DNA of 24,000 nt from Symplocastrum torsivum CPER-KK1 (GTDB lineage Bacteria > Cyanobacteriota > Cyanobacteriia > Cyanobacteriales > Coleofasciculaceae): contig JAHHIF010000024.1 of the NCBI GenBank assembly GCA_019358875.1, positions 73,662 through 97,661 of the forward strand, in the 5' to 3' direction. The notes under the pieces are model-generated. The model was not told the origin of the DNA. It saw nothing but the letters and a program-made list of their open reading frames with translations, and did no database searches. The translations under genes and the position numbers were made by a program. Position 1 is the first letter of the stretch. Every line of letters begins with the position of its first letter. Positions 7,019 through 15,066 of the stretch are shown here, one piece after another.

Positions 7019-8428
7019 ATGCAGCGAAAAGCTGACAGCAACTCTCTACTAGATACGGAAACCGGATACACAATGTCTTTTTCACGCCGTCAGTTTTTGA
7101 CCTTAGCAGGTGCGGGAGCCGCAACTGCCGTTATTGCATCTCCCTTAAAAGCGCTTTATGCCAGACAAGCCCGTGGTTTATTAACTCATGGCGGAGGTTA
7201 TGGTCCGCTCATAGAAGACCCCAATGGCTTATTAGATTTACCACAAGGATTTCAGTATCGAGCCTTCTCTCGCACAGGGGAGATTATGAGCGATGGTAAT
7301 CCAGTACCAGGCGATCATGATGGGATGGCGGCTTTTGCTGGTTCCAACAATACTGTTATTCTCGTCCGCAATCACGAACTCAGCCCAAGTGAAACTAACA
7401 AGCCAGGACTGATTGCACCAGCTCCTAAGCAGTATGACTCCAACAATCGAGGTGGCACCACTACCCTAATTGTTGGACCCAATCGTGAACTAATTAGCCA
7501 TTATGCTTCGTTAGCCGGTACCAATCGCAACTGTGCTGGCGGACCAACGCCTTGGGGTTCGTGGATTAGCTGTGAAGAAACGACTGAAACTCCCACCTCA
7601 CATCCCATAAATTTAAAGGCACACGGCTATAACTTTGAAGTTCCGGCTAATGCATCGGGACTTGTTGACCCCGTCCCCCTCATAGCAATGGGTCGCTTCA
7701 ATCATGAAGCAATTGCCGTAGACCCGGAAACTGGAATTGTTTATCAAACTGAAGATAGAGGGGATGGTCTGTTCTATCGCTTTATTCCAAACCAGCCGGG
7801 TAATCTCAAAGCTGGAGGTATTCTTCAAGCTCTGAAGATTAAGGGCAAATCTGGGGTAAACACTAACAACAGAACGAGCCAAACTATCCCAGTCGGTCAG
7901 CCGATGGAAGTTGAATGGGTCACCATCGATAATCCCAACCCTCCTACAGATACCGTGCGAGTTGAAGGCTTCGGTAAAGGAGCGGCTCAATTCTCGCGCG
8001 GTGAGGGGATATGGTATGGCAATGGTGAACTTTACTTTACCTGTACCGATGGAGGTCTGGGTGGGATTGGTGCTGGCAATCGTGGTGCTGGTCAGGTCTG
8101 GCGCTATGTTCCCGGTCAAACGGCTCAACAGGGCGGTACGCTTGAACTGTTCGTTGAACCTAACGATGCCGACATCTTAGATGCGCCTGATAACATTGTC
8201 GTCGCTCCTACTGGCGATTTATTTCTGTGTGAAGATGGTCCGAATACGCAATATGTAGTGGGAGTGAATGCCTTGGGTCAACTCTATCAGTTCGCTCGCA
8301 ACGCGCTTAATGATAGCGAGTTCTGTGGAGTTTGCTTCTCACCTAACGGTCAAACAATGTTTCTCAATATTCAAAACCCTGGCATTACCTTTGCGATTTG
8401 GGGACCTTGGCCGTCACAGCGACCCTAG
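7019..8428 (+). CDS. phoX: PhoX-family (DUF839) alkaline phosphatase, Tat-exported
   Basis: Twin-arginine signal MSFSRRQFLTLAGAGAATAVIASPLKALYA begins at the internal ATG 7073, which is the likely true start. Family motifs are present: GYGPL..DPNGLLDLPQGFQY, HDGMAAF, LVRNHE, NCAGGPTPWGSWISCEE, HGYNFEV, GRFNHEA.AVDP, YQTEDRGDG.FYRF. Confidence 0.85.
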   Translation: MQRKADSNSLLDTETGYTMSFSRRQFLTLAGAGAATAVIASPLKALYARQARGLLTHGGGYGPLIEDPNGLLDLPQGFQYRAFSRTGEIMSDGNPVPGDHDGMAAFAGSNNTVILVRNHELSPSETNKPGLIAPAPKQYDSNNRGGTTTLIVGPNRELISHYASLAGTNRNCAGGPTPWGSWISCEETTETPTSHPINLKAHGYNFEVPANASGLVDPVPLIAMGRFNHEAIAVDPETGIVYQTEDRGDGLFYRFIPNQPGNLKAGGILQALKIKGKSGVNTNNRTSQTIPVGQPMEVEWVTIDNPNPPTDTVRVEGFGKGAAQFSRGEGIWYGNGELYFTCTDGGLGGIGAGNRGAGQVWRYVPGQTAQQGGTLELFVEPNDADILDAPDNIVVAPTGDLFLCEDGPNTQYVVGVNALGQLYQFARNALNDSEFCGVCFSPNGQTMFLNIQNPGITFAIWGPWPSQRP

Positions 8429-8506
8429 TATTGCCATTCAATAGCCAGGAGTTTTTCGTGACTAAATATTAAGCGTCGCCAAAATCCCTGCAGAGGAATA
8501 AAAGAA

Positions 8507-8530
8507 GCCCCTGGAACTAATACCAGGGGC
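8507..8530. terminator. Bidirectional stem-loop terminator between convergent phoX and PEP-CTERM genes
   Basis: Perfect 8-bp stem GCCCCTGG / CCAGGGGC with the 8-nt loop aactaata. The minus-strand reading is followed by TTCTTTTATTCC and the + strand reading by TTGCTGTTGGG. Confidence 0.6.
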
Positions 8531-8566
8531 TTGCTGTTGGGTAGATAGGCGATCGCTATTTTTCCC

Positions 8567-9289
8567 CTACTCCACAGATTTGTGTTTACGCCTGAATGCT
8601 GAACCTGCCCCCAAACCTCCCAAAACCAAGACCCCAAATACAGAAGTCGGTTCAGGAACGCTGATGCGGACATTATCAACACCAATAAACGCAACACTAT
8701 CTTCGTCAGTACCAGAGGCAGACAGCCGGAGTTCGTCAAACTCAAAGCCTCTGATAGAAAGCGTCTGCTGTCGCAAATCGCTGCTTCCAACTACCTCAAA
8801 GTCCGAGAGCGAGGCGGAAGTGCTAGCAACGAGACTACCTCCCTGCAACGCTTCTAGGGTCAGGATAGTGTTGGAGGGATAAAAAAGCTGGCTGAACAAA
8901 TCGAGACTGACCGAACTTTCCACATCCCCGGTGGTAATCCCCATTGAGCTAAAGCGTCCAAATGCCGCGTCAGCACCAGAGGCAAAGCTGCCAAAGGTGA
9001 GGTAATTGGGAGGAGAAAACGATGAACCAAGGTAATCTTCTGTCGTACTGTCGATAGAAAACGTGTAAGGAAGTAGCTCGGAAAGACCCTGATCCAAATC
9101 AAAGAAAGTCACTCCGGCATCGGTCAGCGTCGTTCCAGAAAAACCTTCAGAGAAGTTGTCAAAGGTCGCACTGGCTGCAAATGTGGGAGAAGTCAGCATT
9201 ACAGAAGACAAAACTCCCAGCACAGACAATCCGGTGTAGAGAGAAGGTTTAACTGTGCTTTTGTTTCTGAGCATGAATAATTTCCTCAT
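8567..9289 (-). CDS. PEP-CTERM sorting-domain protein (secreted, exosortase substrate type)
   Basis: N-terminal signal peptide (LSVLGVLSSVMLTSPTFAASA). The C-terminal PEP-CTERM motif is VPEPTSVFGVLVLGGLGAGSAFRRKHK, i.e. PEP plus a hydrophobic helix plus a basic tail. The start is only 23 bp downstream of the phoD stop on the same strand. Confidence 0.85.
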   Translation of the reverse strand: MRKLFMLRNKSTVKPSLYTGLSVLGVLSSVMLTSPTFAASATFDNFSEGFSGTTLTDAGVTFFDLDQGLSELLPYTFSIDSTTEDYLGSSFSPPNYLTFGSFASGADAAFGRFSSMGITTGDVESSVSLDLFSQLFYPSNTILTLEALQGGSLVASTSASLSDFEVVGSSDLRQQTLSIRGFEFDELRLSASGTDEDSVAFIGVDNVRISVPEPTSVFGVLVLGGLGAGSAFRRKHKSVE

Positions 9290-9312
9290 ACAAGTTCTAG
9301 TAGGGTGTATTG

Positions 9313-10914
9313 CTAGAGCTGTTCAGCACCCGGCTGCCCGTTTTCAACAACAAACGAAGCGAGAGTGCTAATAGTCGCATTCGGGTCAAGGATGGTCGAA
9401 ACCACACGGTAGTCACTCTGCCAGCGCTCGCGAGTGAGGTGACAGCGCACGTAACCCCGAAATGCCCCATCAAAGAACTTGGTGTGAGGATTGTCCGGCA
9501 AAGCCGCCGTTACTGGGGCAATAAACGCCGTTGCGAAGTCAGACGTTATTGAAGTTCCCACAAACTCAGTAGCGACAGTAGGCGAGGCGGGGTTATCGAA
9601 GTCGGCTTTTAGGTCATGTACCCAATTAGAGTGGATATCACCTGTAATTACAACGGGATTGCTGGGTTGCCGCTGTTGGATGAAATCTAAAAGGCGATCG
9701 CGTGCCGCCACATAGCCATCCCACTGATCCATGTTGAACACCTCTGCGCCAGGGCGAGCATCAAAGTCGTACTGCGCCATCATCGTCTGCTGTGCAATGA
9801 CATTCCAGCGTGCATTAGAGTTGTCCAACCCTTGAAACAACCACTGCTCCTGCTCGGAACCCATCATGGTTTGGGATGGCTCTAATGCTCCTGGGCAGCG
9901 TGGCTTAAGGTTGTCATCACAAGGTTGATCGCTGCGGTACTGACGGGTGTCGAGGATGTGAAAATCCGCTAAGTTACCAAAAGCAAGACGCCGATAGAGC
10001 TGCATATTGGGACCATTAGGCAGCGCGAAACTTCGCAAGGGCATGTGTTCGTAGTAAGCTTGGTAAGCATTAGCTCGCCGCTGCGTAAACTCCTGCTGGC
10101 TTTGGTTTTCCTCAGGAATCAAGTTCGCGTAGTTGTTCTCGACTTCATGGTCATCCCAGGTGACGCTCCAAGGGAACGCCGCATGAGCCGCTTGTAAATC
10201 TGGGTCAGTTTTGTACAGGGCGTAGCGATTGCGGTAATCGTCCAAGCTAGTGATTTCGGGACTATTATGGACGCGAATATTACCCGCTTCTGATTGGTAC
10301 TCATTAGGACCATACTCGTAGATGTAGTCGCCCAAGTGAACGACCAAATCGAGGTTTTCCTGAGCCATGTATTTGTACGCCGTGAAATACCCGTGTTCGT
10401 ACATTTGGCAGGAAGCAAAGGCAAAGTTGAGTTGGTTTGTCGGAGTACCTAAAGCGGGAGCGGTGCGCGTCCTACCAATCGGGCTGACTTCGTTACCTGC
10501 CTTGAACTGATACCAGTACCATTGAGCCGACTTGAGTCCACCAAGAACGACGCGGATTGAGTGAGCGAGTTCTGGGGTTGCCATTGCCGTCCCTCGCAGC
10601 ACGACATTTCTCATATTCGGGTCGGTGGCAAGCTGCCACTGTACCGGGACGTTCACTCCTGGCATACCACCGTTTCCATTTAAGGGTTCAGGTGCAAGCC
10701 GTGTCCACAACACGATGCTATCGGGAAGCGGATCACCTGAAGCTATACCGAGTTTGAAGGGATAGTCAGAAAACCTAGGTTGAGCAACAACTCGACGACT
10801 AGGCCATTGAGACGCGAGTACAATCCCTGTTAAAGCTCCAGCGCTCACCAGCAAGCTTCGCCGTCTCAGCCGAGTTGAAAGTAAGCGCTCAAAATGAAAG
10901 CGCTCCATAAGCAC
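9313..10914 (-). CDS. phoD: PhoD-family alkaline phosphatase / phosphodiesterase, Tat-exported
   Basis: N-terminus is Tat-like: RLRRRSLLVSAGALTGIVLA. The PhoD N-domain motif FKLGIASGDPLPDSIVLWTRLAP is present. Metallophosphatase motifs are present: VHLGDYIYEY, WDDHEVENNY, ITGDIHSNW. GAGGGG lies upstream of the ATG. Confidence 0.92.
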   Translation of the reverse strand: MLMERFHFERLLSTRLRRRSLLVSAGALTGIVLASQWPSRRVVAQPRFSDYPFKLGIASGDPLPDSIVLWTRLAPEPLNGNGGMPGVNVPVQWQLATDPNMRNVVLRGTAMATPELAHSIRVVLGGLKSAQWYWYQFKAGNEVSPIGRTRTAPALGTPTNQLNFAFASCQMYEHGYFTAYKYMAQENLDLVVHLGDYIYEYGPNEYQSEAGNIRVHNSPEITSLDDYRNRYALYKTDPDLQAAHAAFPWSVTWDDHEVENNYANLIPEENQSQQEFTQRRANAYQAYYEHMPLRSFALPNGPNMQLYRRLAFGNLADFHILDTRQYRSDQPCDDNLKPRCPGALEPSQTMMGSEQEQWLFQGLDNSNARWNVIAQQTMMAQYDFDARPGAEVFNMDQWDGYVAARDRLLDFIQQRQPSNPVVITGDIHSNWVHDLKADFDNPASPTVATEFVGTSITSDFATAFIAPVTAALPDNPHTKFFDGAFRGYVRCHLTRERWQSDYRVVSTILDPNATISTLASFVVENGQPGAEQL

Positions 10915-11276
10915 CCCTCTTGAAATTTTATTGATACCGATAAGTCAAGAGTCAACAAAATCAAACAAGAGTTAAGTAACAAGCTCGATTGGGTTGAGAC
11001 AATCGCCTTGACAGGCAAAACCGAGTTGATTACCCAGTAGCACTACATCAAGGTAAAAAGCCGACAACTTTACTTGGAAACCAACAAGAAGACTATCGGC
11101 TTTACCTACTCGTCTTTTCGGCGACTCTGACTTGTGCAAGATGAACTTAACAATCAGACCTTAACTACTCATCAAGCTTTTGTTAAGAATCACTGATTAT
11201 GCCTTAAGGATGATTATGTCCTGAATGCTTACCAAACCGTTAGTGATTCCGTGCAGCGCGCTTTGTCTTTGTCTAA

Positions 11277-11311
11277 CCGGAAGTTCCTCTGCACGGCTGA
11301 GGAACTTCCGG
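11277..11311 (-). terminator. Strong stem-loop immediately downstream of the beta-helix gene (no U-tract)
   Basis: Perfect 13-bp inverted repeat CCGGAAGTTCCTC / GAGGAACTTCCGG with a 9-nt loop, 24 bp past the stop codon at 11335. No T-run follows on either strand. It may be a terminator, an RNA-stability element or a protein-binding palindrome. Confidence 0.45.
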
Positions 11312-11334
11312 AATCACCCCAGCTAAGCTCTCAC

Positions 11335-12219
11335 CTAGGCTAGGAAGGAATTACTGCCAAATCCAGCTAGCTCTGTGCTGCCAGAAATGGGGGCGAGCGC
11401 ATCCAAGCCAGTATTGTTGAGTGCGATTATGGTATTACCAAAGCCCATGTCAATAATCGATTGACTGCCATTGTTGCTGAACAGGCTGTCAGTGATTGTG
11501 ATGGTATTGTTATTACCCTCAATCAAGATTGCTTGACCGTCATTGCCACTGAACAGGCTGTCGCTGATCGTGATGATGTTGTTATCACCGGCAATCTCCA
11601 GCCCATTGTCAGCGTTATCAATCAATCCAACCTGGAATGGACCAATGACGTTGTCGTTAGAGCTGATATCAATTCCATCGTCAGCATTGTTACTGAACAG
11701 GGAATCGAAGAGGAAGACGGTGTTGTCATTGGCAGTGCCATCAAGCTCGAAGCCATCATCCAGATTGTCGCTAAAGGTGCTGTCACTAATCGATACGACA
11801 TTGCCAGCGCCATCAATCTCGAAGCCTTCTTCCCCGTTGTCGGTGGAAGTGACACCATCAAAAGTGACTGTGTTGTTGGTACCCAGGAGATCGAAGCCAT
11901 CATCCGCGTTGCCGCTCAACGTCGTGTTGCTGAGGCTTACCTCGTTACCTGTAGCTGTGGCATCAATATCGAAACCATCCTCAGTACGGCTGTTGCTAAA
12001 GGTGCTGTTGCGAACGGTGACATTGTTGTCACCGCCATCAATCTCAAAGCCTTCTTCGCCGTTGTCGGTGGAAGTGACATCGCTCAGGGTGACAGTGCTA
12101 CTGTCGCCGTTGAGATCGATACCATCACCCGCATTGTTGCTGAAGATGCTGTTTGTCAGAGTCAGGGTAGCATCACTACCAATACTGATACCATCCTGGA
12201 AGTTATTGTCAGTAGCCAT
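11335..12219 (-). CDS. Acidic right-handed parallel beta-helix repeat protein (294 aa)
   Basis: About 11 consecutive coils of roughly 24 aa, of the form DDGF.I.G..N.VT...S.FS.N. The protein is very rich in D/N/S/T/G. There is no N-terminal signal peptide (MATDNNFQDGISIG). Long antisense ORFs are an artefact of the repeat composition. Confidence 0.75.
   Translation of the reverse strand: MATDNNFQDGISIGSDATLTLTNSIFSNNAGDGIDLNGDSSTVTLSDVTSTDNGEEGFEIDGGDNNVTVRNSTFSNSRTEDGFDIDATATGNEVSLSNTTLSGNADDGFDLLGTNNTVTFDGVTSTDNGEEGFEIDGAGNVVSISDSTFSDNLDDGFELDGTANDNTVFLFDSLFSNNADDGIDISSNDNVIGPFQVGLIDNADNGLEIAGDNNIITISDSLFSGNDGQAILIEGNNNTITITDSLFSNNGSQSIIDMGFGNTIIALNNTGLDALAPISGSTELAGFGSNSFLA
11809..11854. 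repeat. Internal direct repeat copy A within the beta-helix gene
   Basis: This 46-nt segment, gccatcaatctcGaagccttcttcCccgttgtcggtggaagtgaca, matches 12034..12079 at 44/46 positions. The offset is 225 bp, i.e. 75 codons or three coils. It encodes the repeated peptide TSTDNGEEGFEIDG. Confidence 0.85.
12034..12079. repeat. Internal direct repeat copy B within the beta-helix gene
   Basis: See copy A. Identity is 44/46 at an in-frame 225-bp offset. Confidence 0.85.
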
Positions 12220-12884
12220 AGGTCAAGTCTTTTCCTTACTTTTGTCGGAAACTCTACAGGTTTAAGCGCGATCAAGCAGAGGCAAACTAAGGATTCAAAA
12301 CAGAATCCAAATCTGTCTCAACAAAGATAGGCAAAACAGTCCTAAGCCAAGTCAGCCGCTTCTTGTAACAACCAGCAGAAGAATGACCCAAATGTGCAAA
12401 ATATGTATCTAGAAGCAAGCCGATCTAGAAGCTTGCTAGCTTTCTAAGATTAAACGCGGTTTTTGTTAACAACCGTTTACATAGTTTTTAATTTAGCGAT
12501 AAGAACTTCTTGAAACTTTTAACCAAAACGTATTTGCGTATATTGATGTATTTTCATACTTTAGATAGAGGCTTTATACAACATGAATTCAACGTAACAC
12601 CAAAAGCCTTGACATCTCGTAGTGATTTGTAGCCTGAATCCCTTATTATTTCGTTGATTGGCTTCTTCCCTTGAACTTACGTTGGTATAAGTAAGGCTCA
12701 AGATAAAAATGAGAAATTAAGTCTCCTATCTTAAGAAAAATAACGGTTTCAGTTTTTTTTACTAAAAGCTTCTGTCCTCTTAATAAAACTTTAAGTTCTT
12801 TCAATGAAGTTCCCCACATCTATTAGTTTTGATTTCTAAATAAGTAGTGAATTCCTTATTGAGAAGGATATTTGTTTAAGTCCC

Positions 12885-12925
12885 GTTAATCACAAATTAG
12901 TAGAATAATTACTTATACTTAACCA
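12885..12925 (+). promoter_or_regulatory. Candidate Pho-box-like array upstream of exbB
   Basis: Four 8-mers sit on an exact 11-bp register: GTTAATCA (12885), ATTAGTAG, AATTACTT and CTTAACCA (12918). The outer two fit PyTTAAPyPy(T/A) at 7/8 and 8/8; the inner two are poor. CTTAACCA lies 72 bp upstream of the exbB ATG. The background is AT-rich, so a chance occurrence is plausible. Confidence 0.3.
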
Positions 12926-12996
12926 GTTCCGCTGGGTAAGTCCGATAAGCTAGCGTGGAAAAGCCTGATTCAGCCTAGCAAGCCCTTACCTTAGAT

Positions 12997-13680
12997 ATGT
13001 CCAGAATCCTTGATTTGATTGTCTCAGGTGGCCCGGTAATGATACCCATTGTCGGGCTGTCTATTGCGACCTTTGCCTGCGCGTTTGAGCGGGGTTTGTT
13101 TTGGTTCCAGTTGTTGAGACAAGAAGATAGAATTGTCCACGATGTGCTGGATGCGGCACGGGTTGACCTAGATAAAGCTGCTGCTATTGCCTCTCAAGCG
13201 AAGGCACTCCCGATTGGTCGCTACCTACTAGCACCATTAAAGCTCAAGAACCCTACCCCTGAAACCTTTCATCTAGCATTAGAAGCCTCTGGTGACAAAG
13301 AGTTCGTCCGAATGCACAAGGGAGATAAACTTCTAGAAAGTGTGGTTGGCATTGCACCCTTACTGGGTTTGTTGGGTACCGTAACAGGTTTAATTGTCAC
13401 ATTCAATAACCTCAACATTGGCGGTGGTGGTGCTAGTGAGAGTGCAACTAAGGCAGCGGCTGGTATTGGTGAAGCTCTAATCACGACAGCCAGTGGTATG
13501 GTTGTGGCAATCATTGCTTTGTCATTTTTCCGAATTTTCGTTACCTTACAATCGCAGCAAATAGATTATTTTTCGGAAGTTGGTAGCGAATTAGAATTAA
13601 TCTACCGACAAACTTGGTACGAACCCTCTGCTTATAACCAAACGCTCTCTAAGATTGACCGTTCGTTAGCTGATTATTAA
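12997..13680 (+). CDS. exbB: MotA/TolQ/ExbB-family proton-channel protein
   Basis: An N-terminal TM helix is followed by a cytoplasmic segment, then the family core GIAPLLGLLGTVTGLI..F and EALITTASGMVVAI. Confidence 0.9.
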   Translation: MSRILDLIVSGGPVMIPIVGLSIATFACAFERGLFWFQLLRQEDRIVHDVLDAARVDLDKAAAIASQAKALPIGRYLLAPLKLKNPTPETFHLALEASGDKEFVRMHKGDKLLESVVGIAPLLGLLGTVTGLIVTFNNLNIGGGGASESATKAAAGIGEALITTASGMVVAIIALSFFRIFVTLQSQQIDYFSEVGSELELIYRQTWYEPSAYNQTLSKIDRSLADY

Positions 13681-13728
13681 GTTTTTAGAGTAAATTGAAT
13701 CCTAAAAAGCTAGAATCCCAACTTAAAA

Positions 13729-14142
13729 ATGCGCTTCAAATCTAAGCAGAAAAGCTCACAGATGCCAGAAATTAACCTGGTGCCAATGATGGATGTCATT
13801 ATGACAATTTTGACATTCTTCATCATTGTGTCCATGACTTTAACGAACCAGCAGAATGCGGTTAATGTGACTCTACCTAGCGCCGACAAGGGACTCAGCG
13901 AACAGAAAATACCCGATCCACTGGTTGTGAGTATTAACCAGCAAGGCAAGCTTTTTCTAGGGAAGCAACAGATTACTGAAGCTCAATTAGCTCAACCAAT
14001 GCAAGCTTATTTGCAGCAACACCCAGAAGGAGCAGTGGTTTTAAATGCAGACCGCAAACTACCTTACGAAGAGGTTGTGAAGGTTCTAGGAAAAATGCGG
14101 GATATCGGAGGCGATCGTGTTTCTCTGGCAATTGAAAGCTAA
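13729..14142 (+). CDS. exbD: ExbD/TolR-family biopolymer transport protein
   Basis: Characteristic N-terminus PEINLVPMMDVIMTILTFFII, including the conserved TM Asp. The periplasmic domain follows with motifs such as VVLNADRKLPYEEVVKVLGKMRDIG. Confidence 0.9.
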   Translation: MRFKSKQKSSQMPEINLVPMMDVIMTILTFFIIVSMTLTNQQNAVNVTLPSADKGLSEQKIPDPLVVSINQQGKLFLGKQQITEAQLAQPMQAYLQQHPEGAVVLNADRKLPYEEVVKVLGKMRDIGGDRVSLAIES

Positions 14143-14229
14143 CTGAGCAATTACCTTCTGTACCGTGCTTTGCACGATGCCGCTGAACGTGTGGGGAAGC
14201 GATTAGACCTGTTGTTGGAGAGAGAGCGC

Positions 14230-15063
14230 TTAGCCAAAGCGTCCTTCAACGTAGTCACGGGTACGGGGATGACTAGCGGCTGTAAAAATCCGAGGTGTTG
14301 GACCAAATTCAACAATTTGACCGATGCGACTCTCATCCGTACTGAAGAAGGCTGTGTAGTCTGAGACTCTGGATGCCTGTTGCATGTTGTGGGTGACAAT
14401 GGCAATTGTGAGTTCCTCACGAAGTGTCTGGAGTAGCTCTTCAATCTTCATGGTTGCGATCGGGTCAAGAGCTGAACAGGGTTCATCCATTAACAAAACC
14501 TTGGGCTTTACTGCCAAAGCACGGGCAATACACAGCCGCTGTTGTTGACCGCCTGAAAGTCCATGCGCGGATTGATTTAACTTGTCTTTTACTTCTTCCC
14601 AAAGCGCTGCACTACGAATGGCTGATTCTACAATTTCATCTAATTTGGTTTTAGAGTGGTGACCAGTCAGCCTCACACCGTAGGCAACATTATCGTAAAT
14701 GCTCATTGAGAAGGGATTAGGCTTCTGGAATACCATCCCAATGTGACGGCGTAGCCGATTGAGATTAACGCGGCGATTATAGATATCTTGACCAAAAAAT
14801 TCTACCGAGCCTTCAACTCGTACCTTTCCCTCTAGTTCTCCAATCCGGTTGAGAGCTTTGATGAAGGTGGATTTACCACAACCAGAGGGACCAATAATCG
14901 CAGTAACTTGCTTTTGGTAAATGTCTAATGAGATGGATTCTATTGCTTTTTGACTACCGTAGTAGAAGCTTAAGTTTTTGACGCGCAGAGCTGGGGTTAA
15001 GGCTTCATCGTTTTTGGTGGAATCGGGAGTGTTCACCCTTGAATCTTTACTAGTAGGTTGCAT
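14230..15063 (-). CDS. pstB: Phosphate ABC transporter ATP-binding protein PstB
   Basis: Walker A GPSGCGKST, ABC signature LSGGQQQRLCIARA, Walker B LLMDEPCSALD, and the PstB-typical tail RTRDYVEGRFG. It starts 3 nt after the pstA stop. Confidence 0.97.
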   Translation of the reverse strand: MQPTSKDSRVNTPDSTKNDEALTPALRVKNLSFYYGSQKAIESISLDIYQKQVTAIIGPSGCGKSTFIKALNRIGELEGKVRVEGSVEFFGQDIYNRRVNLNRLRRHIGMVFQKPNPFSMSIYDNVAYGVRLTGHHSKTKLDEIVESAIRSAALWEEVKDKLNQSAHGLSGGQQQRLCIARALAVKPKVLLMDEPCSALDPIATMKIEELLQTLREELTIAIVTHNMQQASRVSDYTAFFSTDESRIGQIVEFGPTPRIFTAASHPRTRDYVEGRFG

Positions 15064-15066
15064 AAG

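Noticed and set aside
7613-8128. 171-aa minus-strand ORF and 89-aa + strand ORF inside phoX
   Set aside because: They are embedded in a well-supported PhoX-family frame, and I recognise no motif in either.
8425-8882. ORFs 8425..8790 (-) and 8580..8882 (+) near the PEP-CTERM gene 3' end
   Set aside because: They overlap the PEP-CTERM coding frame, which has both a signal peptide and the sorting motif. One of them also runs through the strong terminator hairpin at 8507..8530.
11461-12330. Long + strand ORFs (289, 240 and 93 aa) overlapping the beta-helix gene
   Set aside because: They are antisense to, or out of frame with, a clearly periodic repeat protein. Their translations are low-complexity (V/I/A/S runs). 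They exist because the repeat codons lack stop complements. The minus-strand frame gives the regular beta-helix coil pattern.
12405-12440. Direct repeat ATCTAGAAGC x2 with 7-bp inverted repeat AGCAAGC/GCTTGCT in the beta-helix/exbB spacer
   Set aside because: The repeat is short and isolated, with no U-tract and no obvious relation to a promoter. It may be a small hairpin, but nothing distinguishes it from chance.
12896-12916. Possible Fur box (AATTAGTAGAATAATTACTTA) upstream of exbB, as expected for iron-regulated exbBD
   Set aside because: It has only loose resemblance to the GATAATGATAATCATTATC-type consensus and no clear dyad. It is indistinguishable from AT-rich background by eye.
14164-14176. 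CGTGC-ttt-GCACG hairpin between convergent exbD and pstB as a terminator
   Set aside because: It has a 5-bp stem with a 3-nt loop and no flanking T-run on either strand, which is too weak.
14151-14444. 97-aa minus-strand ORF and 64-aa + strand ORF at the exbD/pstB convergence
   Set aside because: They overlap the 3' end of pstB out of frame. The pstB frame continues to the family-typical C-terminus RTRDYVEGRFG.
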